A stretch of 63,708 nt of DNA, filler included, from Lenisia limosa (taxonomy: Eukaryota; Protista; Breviatea), in NCBI GenBank assembly GCA_001655205.1. It is 13 parts of 13 records of this genome, joined end to end, with 100 filler letters (N's around TTAATTAATTAA, not from the genome) between each part and the next. Parts side by side here need not be neighbours in the genome. Positions count along the whole stretch, not along the records: positions 32,175 to 42,330 come from LPNZ01003280.1; positions 42,431 to 46,905 come from LPNZ01011486.1; positions 47,006 to 51,126 come from LPNZ01007847.1; 10 more parts are not named here. The stretch is one strand, 5' to 3'. A program made the position numbers and the translations under genes. Positions 38,501-50,763 of this stretch are shown one piece after another. The notes beneath the pieces are model-generated. The model was not told the DNA's origin, made no database searches, and was given only the letters and a program-made list of their open reading frames with translations. How positions within the stretch are numbered: position 1 is the first letter of the stretch; each line of letters begins with the position of its first letter.

Positions 38501-41500
38501 NNNNNNNNNNNNNNNNNNNNNNNNNNNNNNNNNNNNNNNNNNNNNNNNNNNNNTCGCTCTCCTTTCTTCCCACCTCAATGTCCACTCGTCCGTCGATGGT
38601 ACCGATACATTTGCTGACGGAGTAAAATCAGGCCTTTAAATGGTTTTAAGATATTTTCCAAAAGTAGCCTCAAATCAATATGCAAAATCTCAAAATACAA
38701 CGGGGAGCGAACTAATACTCAAGATACCAATTCATTACTGAGACCTACTTGTTCTCAACGTTCCAGAAAGTCAGCTCTCCGTTCAAGCTGGAGCACACCA
38801 ATGTTTGTCCGTCCTGAGACATGAGCGGTGGGAATAAAAATAGGTAGTAAGAATCTGGCTAAAGCCGTGTACACCTTAAAAGAGATATTGGATTAGACTT
38901 CAACTCTGCACATACTGAAAGTTGTCTCCTCTTTCGAAAACGACTGGAATATCGCATACCCCCCTCGCACCGGGCTCAACGCCGATGCAATGACGTCATC
39001 GCCGACGTTGACAACCTCGCTGCCTTCGCCGCCGTAGCTCTCCCAAATGCGGCAGGTTTTGTCCCATGATGAGGTAACAATCGTGGGCTAAAACCGTCAA
39101 AACCTTTATTGTCTTTCAGTTAGATCGAAATTGGTCCATGTAAAAAGAGAAATATGCCTTACTTCCGTACTGTACCAGCCCATGTCACACACCTTGGAAG
39201 GGTGGAGGTGCACACCGGATATTGGGCCCTCGTGGCCGGTTAGAGCGTCAAGCACACGGCCTGTTTGCATGGACCACAGGCTGNNNNNNNNNNNNNNNNN
39301 NNNNNNNNNNNNNNNNNNNNNNNNNNNNNNNNNNNNNNNNNNNNNNNNNNNNNNNNNNNNNNNNNNNNNNNNNNNNNNNNNNNNNNNNNNNNNNNNNNNN
39401 NNNNNNNNNNNNNNNNNNNNNNNNNNNNNNNNNNNNNNNNNNNNNNNNNNNNNNNNNNNNNNNNNNNNNNNNNNNNNNNNAGGGGTGAGTCCTCGAGAAA
39501 TACTGATATTTGACTTGTTGAACCTACCACGACAGAAGTGAACTGAACTGGTGTGGGCGAAGTGAAAATACGGAAGGGCCTGAAGCGTGAGTCTCTCAAT
39601 GTGTCTCAAATTTCGCGTCTCTCACACTCATTTATCTTCATCACCCCCCCCCCCCCCCNNNNNNNNNNNNNNNNNNNNNNNNNNNNNNNNNNNNNNNNNN
39701 NNNNNNNNNNNNNNNNNNNNNNNNNNNNNNNNNNNNNNNNNNNNNNNNNNNNNNNNNNNNNNNNNNNNNNNCACTGACAAGAACCTTTTCTAGATGGTCA
39801 GAGAATCGCACAGTGAACCATGTGTCATGTTCAAAATGTGTTTGTTATCTTCCCATGTTTCAAAATGTGTTTTGTAGCCTTCACGTGCGACTTTGTTAAA
39901 AATGTGATGGTAGCAATAGACCCGAGACGAGGCGTACTATCGGTGCAGAACGAGAGGGCTGTGACTGCCGAGGCATGGTCGTGGAAAGTGGCCACACAGA
40001 AGCCGCTGTCCATACTCCTGTGTCGGTGTTACATTCAAAATAGTCCAAATAAACTTGATAATGAAAACCCCCAGATTGTAGTTTTACGGTTGACATTGTG
40101 GCAACTGCTCTACTGGTCCCAGTTTCACTCCAACCCACCAGATTTTGACCTGTCCATCGTCGCCACCAGTTGCGCAGTAACGGCCGTCGGCGGAGTAGGC
40201 CTGGCTCCTCATGTCCTGGGTGTGGCCTTGTTGCTTCAGAACGTAGCTAAGATGTCAGGAGGCGGCTTACTCCAGGTTATAAGACAATAGCATGGGTATA
40301 CAAGACTTGTTACTCCCACCCACGCTTCAGCTCTCCAGTCCCATGCAACACAGCATCCTAAGAAGTTAAGGCTAATGGAGTGTAAAGAATCCAACAGCTG
40401 ACGAAATCAAAATACGAGTTAATGCGACGTAAGCATTCCATTTCACTAATTTGAATGTGCACAAAGGGGGTCTTTTTAAGGAACGAAATACAAATCAGAT
40501 TATTTGTTGGAATGAAGGAAAATCAAAGTTCCTCAGCTTATTTCTGAGTCCCCTGATGGTATGTCCAACAAACCGGGCGAAGCGATAGCGAGAAGGGATC
40601 CGTCTCCACTCATCGAAACTGCTGAGACCTGAGAGTGTTGTGAGTGGCTGATTACGAGCAAAGGATTATTGTATTATATCCCCTCAAAGATATGGCATAA
40701 TATCATGAGGAGCGTTTGGGCATGCCTGCGTGGTTGTATGAGTAATATTGAAGACACGAGTAAGAAGCCCAGGAAGAACCGTCCCACAGAAGTTCCAGTT
40801 ACGGACACCCTAGCTTCTTCGGTGAATGTTGGCAGACTGTGGATGGTGAACTCTCCTGAGTTGTGTCCGGCCACCTGGAGTGGGGGTAAGATCATAGAAG
40901 GTATCTGTATCCGATTATGGCTAAGATTCCACGGAAAGAGGCTTACCCCCCCCCCCTACGATCATATCGCCAGTGCTGTCAGGGCTGCGGTAAAAATCAG
41001 CGCATCTAAGAAGTGTTACTCAGACTGACGATGAATTGTGACAAGGGGTTTGATGAAGAGAACTTTTTGGGAGTGTGGGCGGAGGGAGTCGACAACAGAA
41101 TTATGACAATCCAGAAACAAATCGTGATGCATGAAGCAGAACATCTCAAGAACAAGCCGAGGCATACCGCACTCTGCATCCCTTCATGCCGTACAGCTTT
41201 CGGGCCTCGGCCACCCAGCGCCCGTTGTGGAAAGGCGCACAGCACACCTGCAGTGAAGTGAAATGGGACAAAAGAAGAAGAGAAACAGGGTGTCATCACG
41301 TGATAAGATACTTCGAAGAGCAATATCAATATGATATTGAGATGAGATTTAGTAATATTAAAATAACAAAGATGCAATGAACAACATAATAGCCGTCTTC
41401 GGCCTGACAGAACGGTTGGTTGTTCACTTGGGAGCCCTTCGAACCTGAACCTGGAGCTCTGACTCGTGGCTAGGCGTCTCTTCAAGGTCAGGCTCTTCAT

Positions 41501-42295
41501 CATCAGCCGCCCTGCTTTCAGCCCGGATCTCCTTGAACTTGGCTTCACGTCTGAGCTCAGCGCGTTTGCGGAGATAGAGCAATTCCAGGTCGTTCTCCTT
41601 CCATCTCGCCAGCTCCGGATCGTCATCGTTGACAGGGCTCAGGAACTTGGTCTTCTTCTTGCGGCGCTTTTTGCCTGCATCGTGAGGGGGGGGGGGTGCA
41701 GAAATGAAAAAGGACAAAAAGGTTGTCTCTTACGCTTATGAAGGATGCTGAATATGTTTGATGTCATATCATTCTTGTATTACTTTTACCTCATTTTTTA
41801 TCACGCGGAAAAGGTCCCTAATATTTAGTGAGATTGATAAGTCTTATCCCCCCACTGGAGGTCTTGGGGGCAGTCTTTGACGCATCAGTTGAAAGAACAA
41901 TGTCACACTCGCGCATTCCAAAGAAGGGATTAGGCGCGGTGTTCTTGACTCCATAGTTGGCCTGGAGCTCATCGCCAAGGAGACCCATGCTTCCAAGCTT
42001 CTCCAGGAACCGCTTGGTGACATCGGCTTCAGACTTCTCTGATTGCGCCTTTGGGAGTGGGGGTAAAGCGAAGGAATTTCGATAATGAAACTCTCCCGAC
42101 AGATCAGCCCAACATTGAACAATACAATAGGGTATGATATCGAGGATTGAACAATAATTTTCTGCCTTTATGTGTCTTGGTTCACCTACCTCCGGGGCCT
42201 TCTTTGTCTCTTCAGGTTTGGGCTCATCCTTCTCCATATCACTGTCGTCGGAAAGTTCGGCTTCCATCACCGCTCCATCAGACCTGAGAAGTCAC
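35520..42295 (-). CDS. PWP2: PWP2/UTP1 WD40 protein (90S pre-ribosome); N-terminus missing
   Basis: Exons YVLKQQGHTQDMRSQAYSADGRYCATGGDDGQVKIW, GFCVATFHDHASAVTALSF, FRPFRIFTSPTPVQFTSV, WSMQTGRVLDALTGHEGPISG, VDSVKFSPDASCFTAVTPEGL. The core (~36690-40880) is firm. The charged exons at 41.4-42.3 kb and the exons at 35.5-36.4 kb are assigned by position and orientation only. Confidence 0.85.
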
Positions 42296-42430
42296 GCTTG
42301 AAACAACAGGACTCTAGTACCCCCCCCCCCNNNNNNNNNNNNNNNNNNNNNNNNNNNNNNNNNNNNNNNNNNNNTTAATTAATTAANNNNNNNNNNNNNN
42401 NNNNNNNNNNNNNNNNNNNNNNNNNNNNNN

Positions 42431-42490
42431 ATCCGCATTTTGTCCACTGATCCGCATTTTGTCCACTGATCCGCATTTTGACCCATCACA
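42431..42490. repeat. 19-bp tandem repeat at a scaffold start, shared with 57015-57071
   Basis: GATCCGCATTTTGTCCACT units ending GATCCGCATTTTGACCCATCACA in both places. Confidence 0.85.
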
Positions 42491-42497
42491 ATATATA

Positions 42498-43190
42498 TAT
42501 GCGTCCGTTCAAAATTCCGGTTTTTTTGCCAATTCCGGTTTTTAGACAATCTTGAAGTTGAATTCTCTCAAAAAGTGGTGGAAACCACAGAAGGATCTTG
42601 AAAGAAAATTTTTGTTTTTTATTTTTTGAAAAAATTTGACCTTGAGGTCAAAATACTCCGTGACTAATCTTTTAAAAAAAGATTTTTTTGTGTTTATGCC
42701 CGTTCCACTCAGTTTAGTTTCGAATAAAGCCTTTTTCTGAAACCGCAGATCTCTAAAACCTATGGATTCATGCAGTTTTCGTCAAAAAATATTTTGATAG
42801 GCTTGAGATATATCCACATTCTTATCAAAAATTGACTAATATTTCGGACACAAGGTTGAAAATATGCCTTGAACTGGACCTACTAGTGTTATATCTATTT
42901 TTTGACGAAAACTGCATGAATCCATAGGTTTTAGAGGTCTGCGGTTTCAGAAAAANNNNNNNNNNNNNNNNNNNNNNNNNNNNNNNNNNNNAAACACAAA
43001 AAAATCATTTTTTTTAAAGATTAGTCAAGGAATATTTTGACTTTAAGGTCAAATTTTTTCAAAAAATAATAAAAAAAAATTTTCTTGCAAGATCCTTCTG
43101 TGGTTTCCACCACTTTTTGAGAGAATTCAACTTCAAGATTGTCTAAAAACCGGAATTGGCAAAAAACCCGGAATTTTGAACGGACGCATA
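42498..43190. mobile_element. ~690-bp foldback / long-TIR non-autonomous element
   Basis: The left arm (~42498-42790) is the reverse complement of the right arm (~42897-43190, with an N gap). Ends are TATGCGTCCGTTCAAAATTCCGG / CCGGAATTTTGAACGGACGCATA, set in (TA)n. Confidence 0.9.
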
Positions 43191-43249
43191 TACTATATAT
43201 ATATCATATATATTTTTGATATCATACACAATTGCGACTGAATTACCAC

Positions 43250-45600
43250 CCTTCAGCTTCTCGAGGGGCTTCACTCCACATCTCTCATCCTCTTCCACAC
43301 GTAGTATATTAAAGAAAAAATACAAGAGGTAATACTGTACCTTCTTCAGGGCCTCCAAGATTACATCTCGACATGTCTCATGTTGCCGTTGCCCGTAGAC
43401 TCGACCTTCTTCCGTCTCCCCAATCATTGCTTTGCGATGAGAATGGAAGGGGGTGCCTCTGCATAACATATTCCATGCATCGGTAAGGTACTTCTAGAAC
43501 AGTCAAGAAAATTGATCGAATACAAATCTTCTGAACAGTGAGTTGGAGGGTAGCGGCTTCATCGGGAGCGGTGACAATTCACCGCCCGGAACCTGATCGC
43601 AACCGTCAGGTCAGGGGAGTTTCCGCTTTCTTAATTATAAGCTACACCCTATCAACAAACCGATTGGAGAACGCTTGGTTTTTTTTTTTGAGAACTCCTG
43701 AAAATATCAGATGTGATCAGGAGGTAAAAAACGAAACTTATAGTTAGCAAACAACTCCAACCTCGTGGGCAACCAAAGGCATGGCACTCTCCTTAAATAT
43801 AGACCTAGTCTGACCGGCTGGAGTTATTGGATTGGATTGTTGAAGGTGCTGCAGATACTTAAAAGACTATATAATGAATAAGACAATGGGGAGGGGGGCA
43901 AACCTTTGAGAAGCACTCATTAGGGTTAGTGGCGGGAGGAGGTAATGAAACAGAGTGAAGCAAAAAAAATAAGCAATAACAGAAGTAACCAACGACAGAA
44001 ACTAGGGGAGAGTCCTGTGGCAGAATGCTCTGGGGATCAGCCTACAAAACAATGGTTAGGAAGAGGAAAACAAACAAAAGAACAGTTTGATGTTCTCGCT
44101 ATGTCGCCAAGGTGATTTTGGTCAAAACCTCTAATAATTATATAAAGTTGTACGGGTCGAGGAACAGGAGGGAAACAAGCTCGTGACAGTTCAAAAACAA
44201 CCCCCTTTCAAATCCGTCTTATTGCGGGGGGAGGCCCCAGTTGGTTTTGGAGTGCTGATTGCTTCTTAAAAAATTACAAAAGATTTGGTTATGAAGGTAT
44301 ATGTATGCCGATATTTCCACCCTTTCAAAGTCCAGAAAGTAAAGAATGTAAAAAAACATTAATCAAAACGAGCTTTGATATGAGTTACCACAGGACTTGG
44401 CAGAGTGGTGCGGGTGACAAGCCCAAGCAGCTCCGAGATGGTGCGGTAAGTTACAAACCGGATCTCTTGTGGCGTCCACTTATGACTTTCCTCCAAGAGG
44501 TCAGCCTTATTACGGCACCATCCCTGAAATTAATGAAAAATAATAGTTTAGCATATGTTGTGTATATCATCAGAGAACATATACTGAGACTAAAAAACAA
44601 TCATAAACAACAAGATCACCACCAGTCATACAGAATTGTGAGAGGCGATCCCCTGTAAGAACTTTCTGAGGGCATCTTCATCTATAAAACAGTGGATGAG
44701 GGATTTCACCTCAGGGACATCGATTAGAAAAAGACCGAAGAAGAGTCCCAGCCTTCCTCCTGAATGATGAACTCGGGAGAAGGGGAACTCCAGCCAAGAT
44801 TGGCCTGACCCCTTACACGAAAAAACTAGAACGATACTTTACAAATATGAAAGCCATTTTCAAAACTGCAATTACTGCGGCTTGCCAAAACTCTCCAGGT
44901 GACTGAACCACCTTAATCACTTATAAGCTCTTTTATTAAATTTCAGGAGTTGTTTTTCTAAAATTGAATAAATTTAAAATGTATCAAAATGGACAGAGAT
45001 GGAAAAACTACGATGGAACCACCACCTTAAAAAAGAAAGTCATCCAAGAGGATGTTGTATACACATTAGAAGTCTCTTTTCAATTTTTCAAATCGGTTAG
45101 ATGTTGTGATTCTGTGACAAGAAGCGGTTGATATTTATCTGCAGCTTCTTTGTCGAGCAATAGGTTTCTATTTATTTACCAGGTGTTTCATTATGGCCTT
45201 TAACTTTTCTTTATTTGGGAACATTCCATTTATTGATCCTACATATTGTGAATGGAAAAAAAAAAAAAAAAAAAANNNNNNNNNNNNNNNNNNNNNNNNN
45301 NNNNNNNNNNNNNNNNNNNNNNNNNNNNNNNNNNNTAGGCTTTTATTGACAGCAAAACGGCCTTTTCGGGTTTTTCTCGAAAACCCATTTTTCATACCGG
45401 GGGAGGGGGGGATGGGTATCCTAATTACTCAGGTTCTCAGGTCAACCAGGTCAACAATTAAGAAGCAAAACCTATCATGTGGGCCTGGGGTGGTGGACTG
45501 TTCAACTGGATCATTGCAGTGTGTCGTGACGGTCTCGCCATCATCCCCGTCTGTGCCTGTGAACCTGGTACGTTTGGCATCCCATTGTACTTAGACGTTG
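43250..45600 (-). CDS. Multi-exon hypothetical protein
   Basis: Splice-bounded exons ANLGWSSPSPEFIIQEEGWDSS, DEDALRKFLQGIASHNS, GWCRNKADLLEESHKWTPQEIR, GTPFHSHRKAMIGETEEGRVYGQRQHETCRDVILEALKK. No family recognised. Confidence 0.45.
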
Positions 45601-47005
45601 TTAATGAGTGCAACGACTGCCCTTGCTTCAGATATGCATGGATTTGGGGGATGGAGAATTCAGTGTACCCAAAAACGTCTAGTTGGAAAAACCCCCTGAG
45701 TCGAAAAATGGTAATCTTTATTTCTTGCTATCCGAAGCTTTACACGAAACTCAGCGGAATTATCTTGAAGGTCATTTTAATTACTTACCACACTTTGATA
45801 CATTATTTTAATTATTCATTAAAAAGTACTGACCTTAAAATAAATGAATAATATCTAACCTGTGATTCCAGAACAACTCTCATAATCGGTGGGGATAATG
45901 TATCCTGTAATAAAGGAAGACAAGGAACACTAATTTTTGGGTGACTATTTCGGACAATTTTATCGATTTATATACTAAACACAAACCTTTACTTTCAAGC
46001 TTTTTTACAACAAATCCATTTGCACTTACTCTAGAAATATATCGTCTTCGCTTTTGAGTTAACAGTGAGAGATACTCTTAATCATGTAACAATAGTTAAA
46101 TAATCAAAGATGAAACAACAATTGGAGGTAATAATATGGTCATATTATCGATAAAAAATGCCTGTTATGAAACGATCTCAACCAGCAAAATTGCCTTAGA
46201 TTTTTGTCTAAGTTTCACCAAAGTATCACCAAAATAAATTTGAAAGCGTGATAATCAGTAGATAGAAAAATATGTATATTTCGAGTTTCTGAGTATTGGT
46301 GATTATGAAAAAGAAGGAGAGAACCACGATAGCACACCTTCGCCCTTGTTCAAGATGTTAACTTTGAATCTAAGGCCGGAAGTCCCTTTTCACTGTAGGT
46401 AGCTAAATGTCTATTTCAAGAAAGAATGATGATACTGTTGTCAGCCGAACGGAATATGATCTAAAAATTGAAGATAAATGAAAGAGCCGTGTAGCAAAAC
46501 CGAGCCAAATCCATCCGAGGTATTTGCCGGTTTAAGGTGGTACAGTCATTGTACCAGTGTGATACCACGCCCGGACACATCTTCATAATTCATACAGATT
46601 TTAAAAAACACGTAGTACATGATATCAAAAATAAAAAAGAGCACAATGACAAAGTTTGCACGATGAAAACTTTTTGACATTTTGCACCATCTTTGTTACT
46701 TGGTAGCACTATCCCTTTTACCCTCAGTCATTTGTGAAATGAGCAAAAAAGTAATATTTGGGAAGCGAGAAGAGTAAAATAGGCAAACATATTACAATGA
46801 CAAATCCAATATTATATGAACAATGTCATATTACACAAGTAGTAATATATATATATAGGTGAGTGCACACGACCGCGACCTGTAACATAACCGCGACCGC
46901 TTTTCNNNNNNNNNNNNNNNNNNNNNNNNNNNNNNNNNNNNNNNNNNNNTTAATTAATTAANNNNNNNNNNNNNNNNNNNNNNNNNNNNNNNNNNNNNNN
47001 NNNNN

Positions 47006-50000
47006 TGCAATTATGCATGACGTTAACCATCCCGGCTACAACAACGGTTTTCTTGTGACCACCAGGGACCCTCTCGGTAATGTTTCAGCCTAGATTGTAA
47101 TCCAGCTATTAATAAAACAAGGTAATAAAAAATCACGTTTTATTACTTGGAAATAAAGGTACCTGATTGTTAGAACTCTGTCTATTTTTTTTTTTGAAAT
47201 TTATTGGATATATGTATTTGAAATGTAATTTTATGATATCAATTAGTTGTAAGGAGTCTTGAGTACTCTATATCAGGCAGCGCGCTTTGCTTCATATATT
47301 CTCCATTTTTACGTGATGGGATGCGGTGCTGCAGAAGCGACTGGCTTGGGCTTTGTTTGTTTTGTTGTTTCAACCCTTGTGTTTTGTCAACCAACAGAGT
47401 TGATATGGGCTTTTTTGTTCCGTAAATTTTCCATTTTACTCCCCCCCCTCCAATTTACCCCTTCAGCCGTGCGTTACAACGACCGTAACGTCCTTGAAAA
47501 TCACCATGCTTCTACGGGGTGGACCCTGCTCTTCAAGGTAAGCCGCCACACGACTAAGTACATTACAAGACTGGAATGACCATGTTCATTCTGTTTACAA
47601 TCACAAATTGGGGAACTTCTTGGGTATCAGGGATTCTGTTTTTGGATTTCAAGAGTGTCCATTTGGTTATAAAAAGGAGCTCCCCATGTTTTTTATGTCC
47701 ACACGCACTCATTTTTGTCTAAACTGTCTAATTTTACCCCCACCCCCAGCCGCACGCTGACATTCTCACAAACATCTCTGCAAAGGATCAGCAGACTATT
47801 CGCGACATCACCATCGAGCTTGTTCTGGCTACTGATATGAAATCTGTGAGAGGGTGAAAAAGAAGAAAATTTCGATGTGATTGTAACACGGAGTATTCAA
47901 AAACTGGCTGTAAAATTATGTATTTAGTCGTTGAAAATGTATATGATATTCTTTTTATTTTGGGATGTTGGGGAGGGGGAGGGGGTGATAGCAAACCATT
48001 GAGGCAGTATCAATTTGTGACGAGTGAGAAAACAATAAGCAGGGGGGGGCTAATTTAATCATTAGTAGTATCATCATCAGTTTCTCGTTTTCAGATATTT
48101 CGATTTGTAATCTTTTTTTTTTATATATTTATTTTACGATTTTAGCATTTCCATCTGCTGTCATCATTCCAAGNNNNNNNNNNNNNNNNNNNNNNNNNNN
48201 NNNNNNNNNNNNNNNNNNNNNNNNNNNNNNNNNNNNNNNNNNNNNNNNNNNNNNNNNNNNNNNNNNNNNNNNNNNNNNNNNNNNNNNNNNNNNNNNNNNN
48301 NNNNNNNNNNNNNNNNNNNNNNNNNNNNNNNNNNNNNNNNNNNNCCTTGTATCTAACAAAGTTGATTTTGGGCCTTTTTTGGTTCCATACATTTCCTTAC
48401 TCCACCAGTGCTGGACTTTGATATGGCGTCTCTACGACTAGTCCTGCTGAAAATGGCCATTAAACTTGCCGACGTCGCGCATCTCCTCAAGGACCTCAAA
48501 GTCACCCGAGAATGGACCGTTGTGAGCAAGAATATGATATATTATAATGAAAATATACATATTTAACACACATACTATATATTCATATCGGGATGCATGC
48601 ATTAGCTATGTATTTCTTCACGCTGGAATGGACAGTGGAAAGATGGGCTTTATTTATTTTATTGTTTTTATGTGTTTCAATCCAGGATTCCCTTTTTTTT
48701 GTCAATTACCATTTTCACCCCCCAGCGAATCAACGAAGAATTTTTCCACCAAGGCGACGAAGAGGCAAAACTAGGCCACCCGGTCAGTCCCTTCATGGAC
48801 CGTGAGAACGCCAATATCCCCAAGTCGCAACTTGGGTTCATAGATTTTGTCATCAAGGTGGGAACTGGCCTTTGTCATCAAGGCGGGAACTGGTTGTGGT
48901 GAATGGGGGATTATCATCTATTATTCTGGGATTATTCTGGGGTTTAACTGTATTATAGCTGGGATTTATCAATAGATTTATCGATATTTATCGTACCCCT
49001 TTAGAATGTGGGGGAACTCCCCCTCTTCCCTTCATTTCCTTGTATTTGTTTTTCCCTTCACATCCCCCCCCTCTTCTCCTAATCTCATTATATTTTCCTT
49101 GCGGTGCTGCAGAAGCCACTGGACTGGGCTTTGTTTTGTTGTCATAAAACCCTCGCGTGCTGTCAGCCAACAGAGTTGATTTTGGGCTTTTTTTGTTGAA
49201 TAAATTTTCCAATTTTACTCCCTCTACAGCCAATATAACCCCCCTCTCTCCAGCCCTTTGTTGAGCTATGGTGTCGCCTGTCCAACAACCCCGTCCTGGT
49301 CACAGTCCTGGAAGTTAATCGGTCGTATTGGGCGTCGCTGGCGGACCAGGGCGTGGTCGGCGTGGAGCACCCTGATAATCTCAAGTGAGCTCTTGGGGAT
49401 TTATAGTCAACCGCCGGATCTCTATGATCCTAGTTTCAATGGAGACTTTACTGCAAAAAGCTCTTTTGTAAACAAGATCTATGTAGATTGAGAATGAAAA
49501 AGGACCTTGATTATGACTAATTTGACTAATCATTTATTTTTCAACTCTGTGAAGCGTTGTTTAACCATTCAGCTCTTCTATGAAGCAATCGGCAAGGAGA
49601 TCTGTGAGGTACAGATGGGCATTCCTGCACTACTGCGTATCGACTTATCAATAATATCAGGTTTATTAAGAACAACTGGATTATAGTATAATATTAATTC
49701 ACCCCTATATCACCATCACAATTATCATAATCATCATCACCATGATTATATATCCTCACACCGCAGGGAGTTTATTAACTCGGGTCCCAATTCGCCCACA
49801 ATGAACTTCAACACTGAGGCTGAACTGGTTAATCCGGGGGCTGTTCCAGCAGCCCAGGTTTGCGGGAGAAGGGTACAATTTCCATAAGATCGAACATCAA
49901 GAAAGAAATGTTTTTACTCATTTTGTTTCTGATAAATCTCGGGATAAGTTATTGACTTTTGTTTTTTATACTTTTTTTGTGATATTTCTCACACCCACCC

Positions 50001-50018
50001 CCCAGCTGAAGCTTTAAT
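47006..50018 (+). CDS. Class I 3',5'-cyclic nucleotide phosphodiesterase, C-terminal catalytic half
   Basis: Exons AIMHDVNHPGYNNGFLV, VRYNDRNVLENHHA, TIELVLATDMKS, LKMAIKLADVAH, RINEEFFHQGDEEAKLGHPVSPFMDRENANIPKSQLGFIDFVIK (HD, ATDM, ADxxH and QGD motifs). Confidence 0.92.
47313..47445 (+). repeat. 3'-splice-site-docked intronic repeat (family C), representative copy
   Basis: Other copies: 22869-22930(-), 24800-24860(-), 30154-30290(-), 31178-31300(+), 32020-32074(+), 48345-48408(+), 49098-49228(+), 58610-58652(-), 59445-59536(-), 60058-60092(-), 60835-60930(-), 62915-63069(+), 63265-63310(+). Shared core CAACCCTCGTGTGTTGTCAGCCAACAGAGTTGATTTGGG; several copies retain only the 3' half. Confidence 0.9.
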
Positions 50019-50179
50019 TATGGGGTCGTTCTAGTTTGTTTTATATGTGTCATGATGTTTCTCTTTCTTAATGTATATGTTTCCTATAGGAAGTGGTAAT
50101 GATGTTTTTATTGTGAAAACATGAGATATAATAGATATATGTGGTCCTCAAAGCTCCGGACATCATTCACAATTCCCGG

Positions 50180-50763
50180 ACATCAAAACTCCCGCCTTGT
50201 CTTGGCCATTGCCAGTGTTTTTTGAAAAAATGCTTCGACAGATACATAGAGAAATGGACCTCCTAATGTTCCCAACTTTTTTTTCAATTTTGAGCAAATG
50301 TCAAAAATCCGTGAATTTGGTCTCCAGGGGGTCCGGTCCCCCTTTTGCCTTTTCACAGGATTTTTTTCTGAAACTTACCCTCTTTTAGTGTTAAGAAACA
50401 AAAATTTGTACCCCTCGGAGTAATTGGTTCCGGGTTCCCATTTGCTTTGGCTATGTAATGGTGAATCTTGAGGAAAAAATGCTAAAAATAGCACTGTCTA
50501 CAGGGGTAAACTTTCCCGGATAGTTGCCATTTATTCCTTGAATGTCCCTTTTATAACGGTTTTGCTTGTTTTTGACCGTTTTTTTGACCGTAAATAGAGA
50601 GCTTAGGGACTTAATTTGGTTTTGACCCGATCATCTGTTCAATTGGGGTTTCATTAGTTGATTAAGATTGAGATTACTTTCAAAAACAGAAGTGAAATAG
50701 GGTTTCTGGGTGGTTTATGGTGATTTTGTATGGAAAACTCAAGCTGTTCGGGAGTTTTGATGT
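50180..50763. mobile_element. Putative ~580-bp non-autonomous TIR element
   Basis: 15-bp inverted repeat ACATCAAAACTCCCG / CGGGAGTTTTGATGT enclosing non-coding DNA 3' of the PDE gene; single copy seen. Confidence 0.55.

Noticed and set aside
43250-45600. Maelstrom-domain protein, from a faint EESHK resemblance
   Set aside because: Too few conserved residues can be placed; left as hypothetical.
47313-47445. Family C as a tRNA-derived SINE or conserved snoRNA
   Set aside because: No convincing Pol III B-box (GTTGATTTG does not fit GTTCRANNC), no poly(A) tail, no clear C/D or H/ACA boxes, and the hairpin is broken without compensation in several copies. Not excluded without a covariance search.
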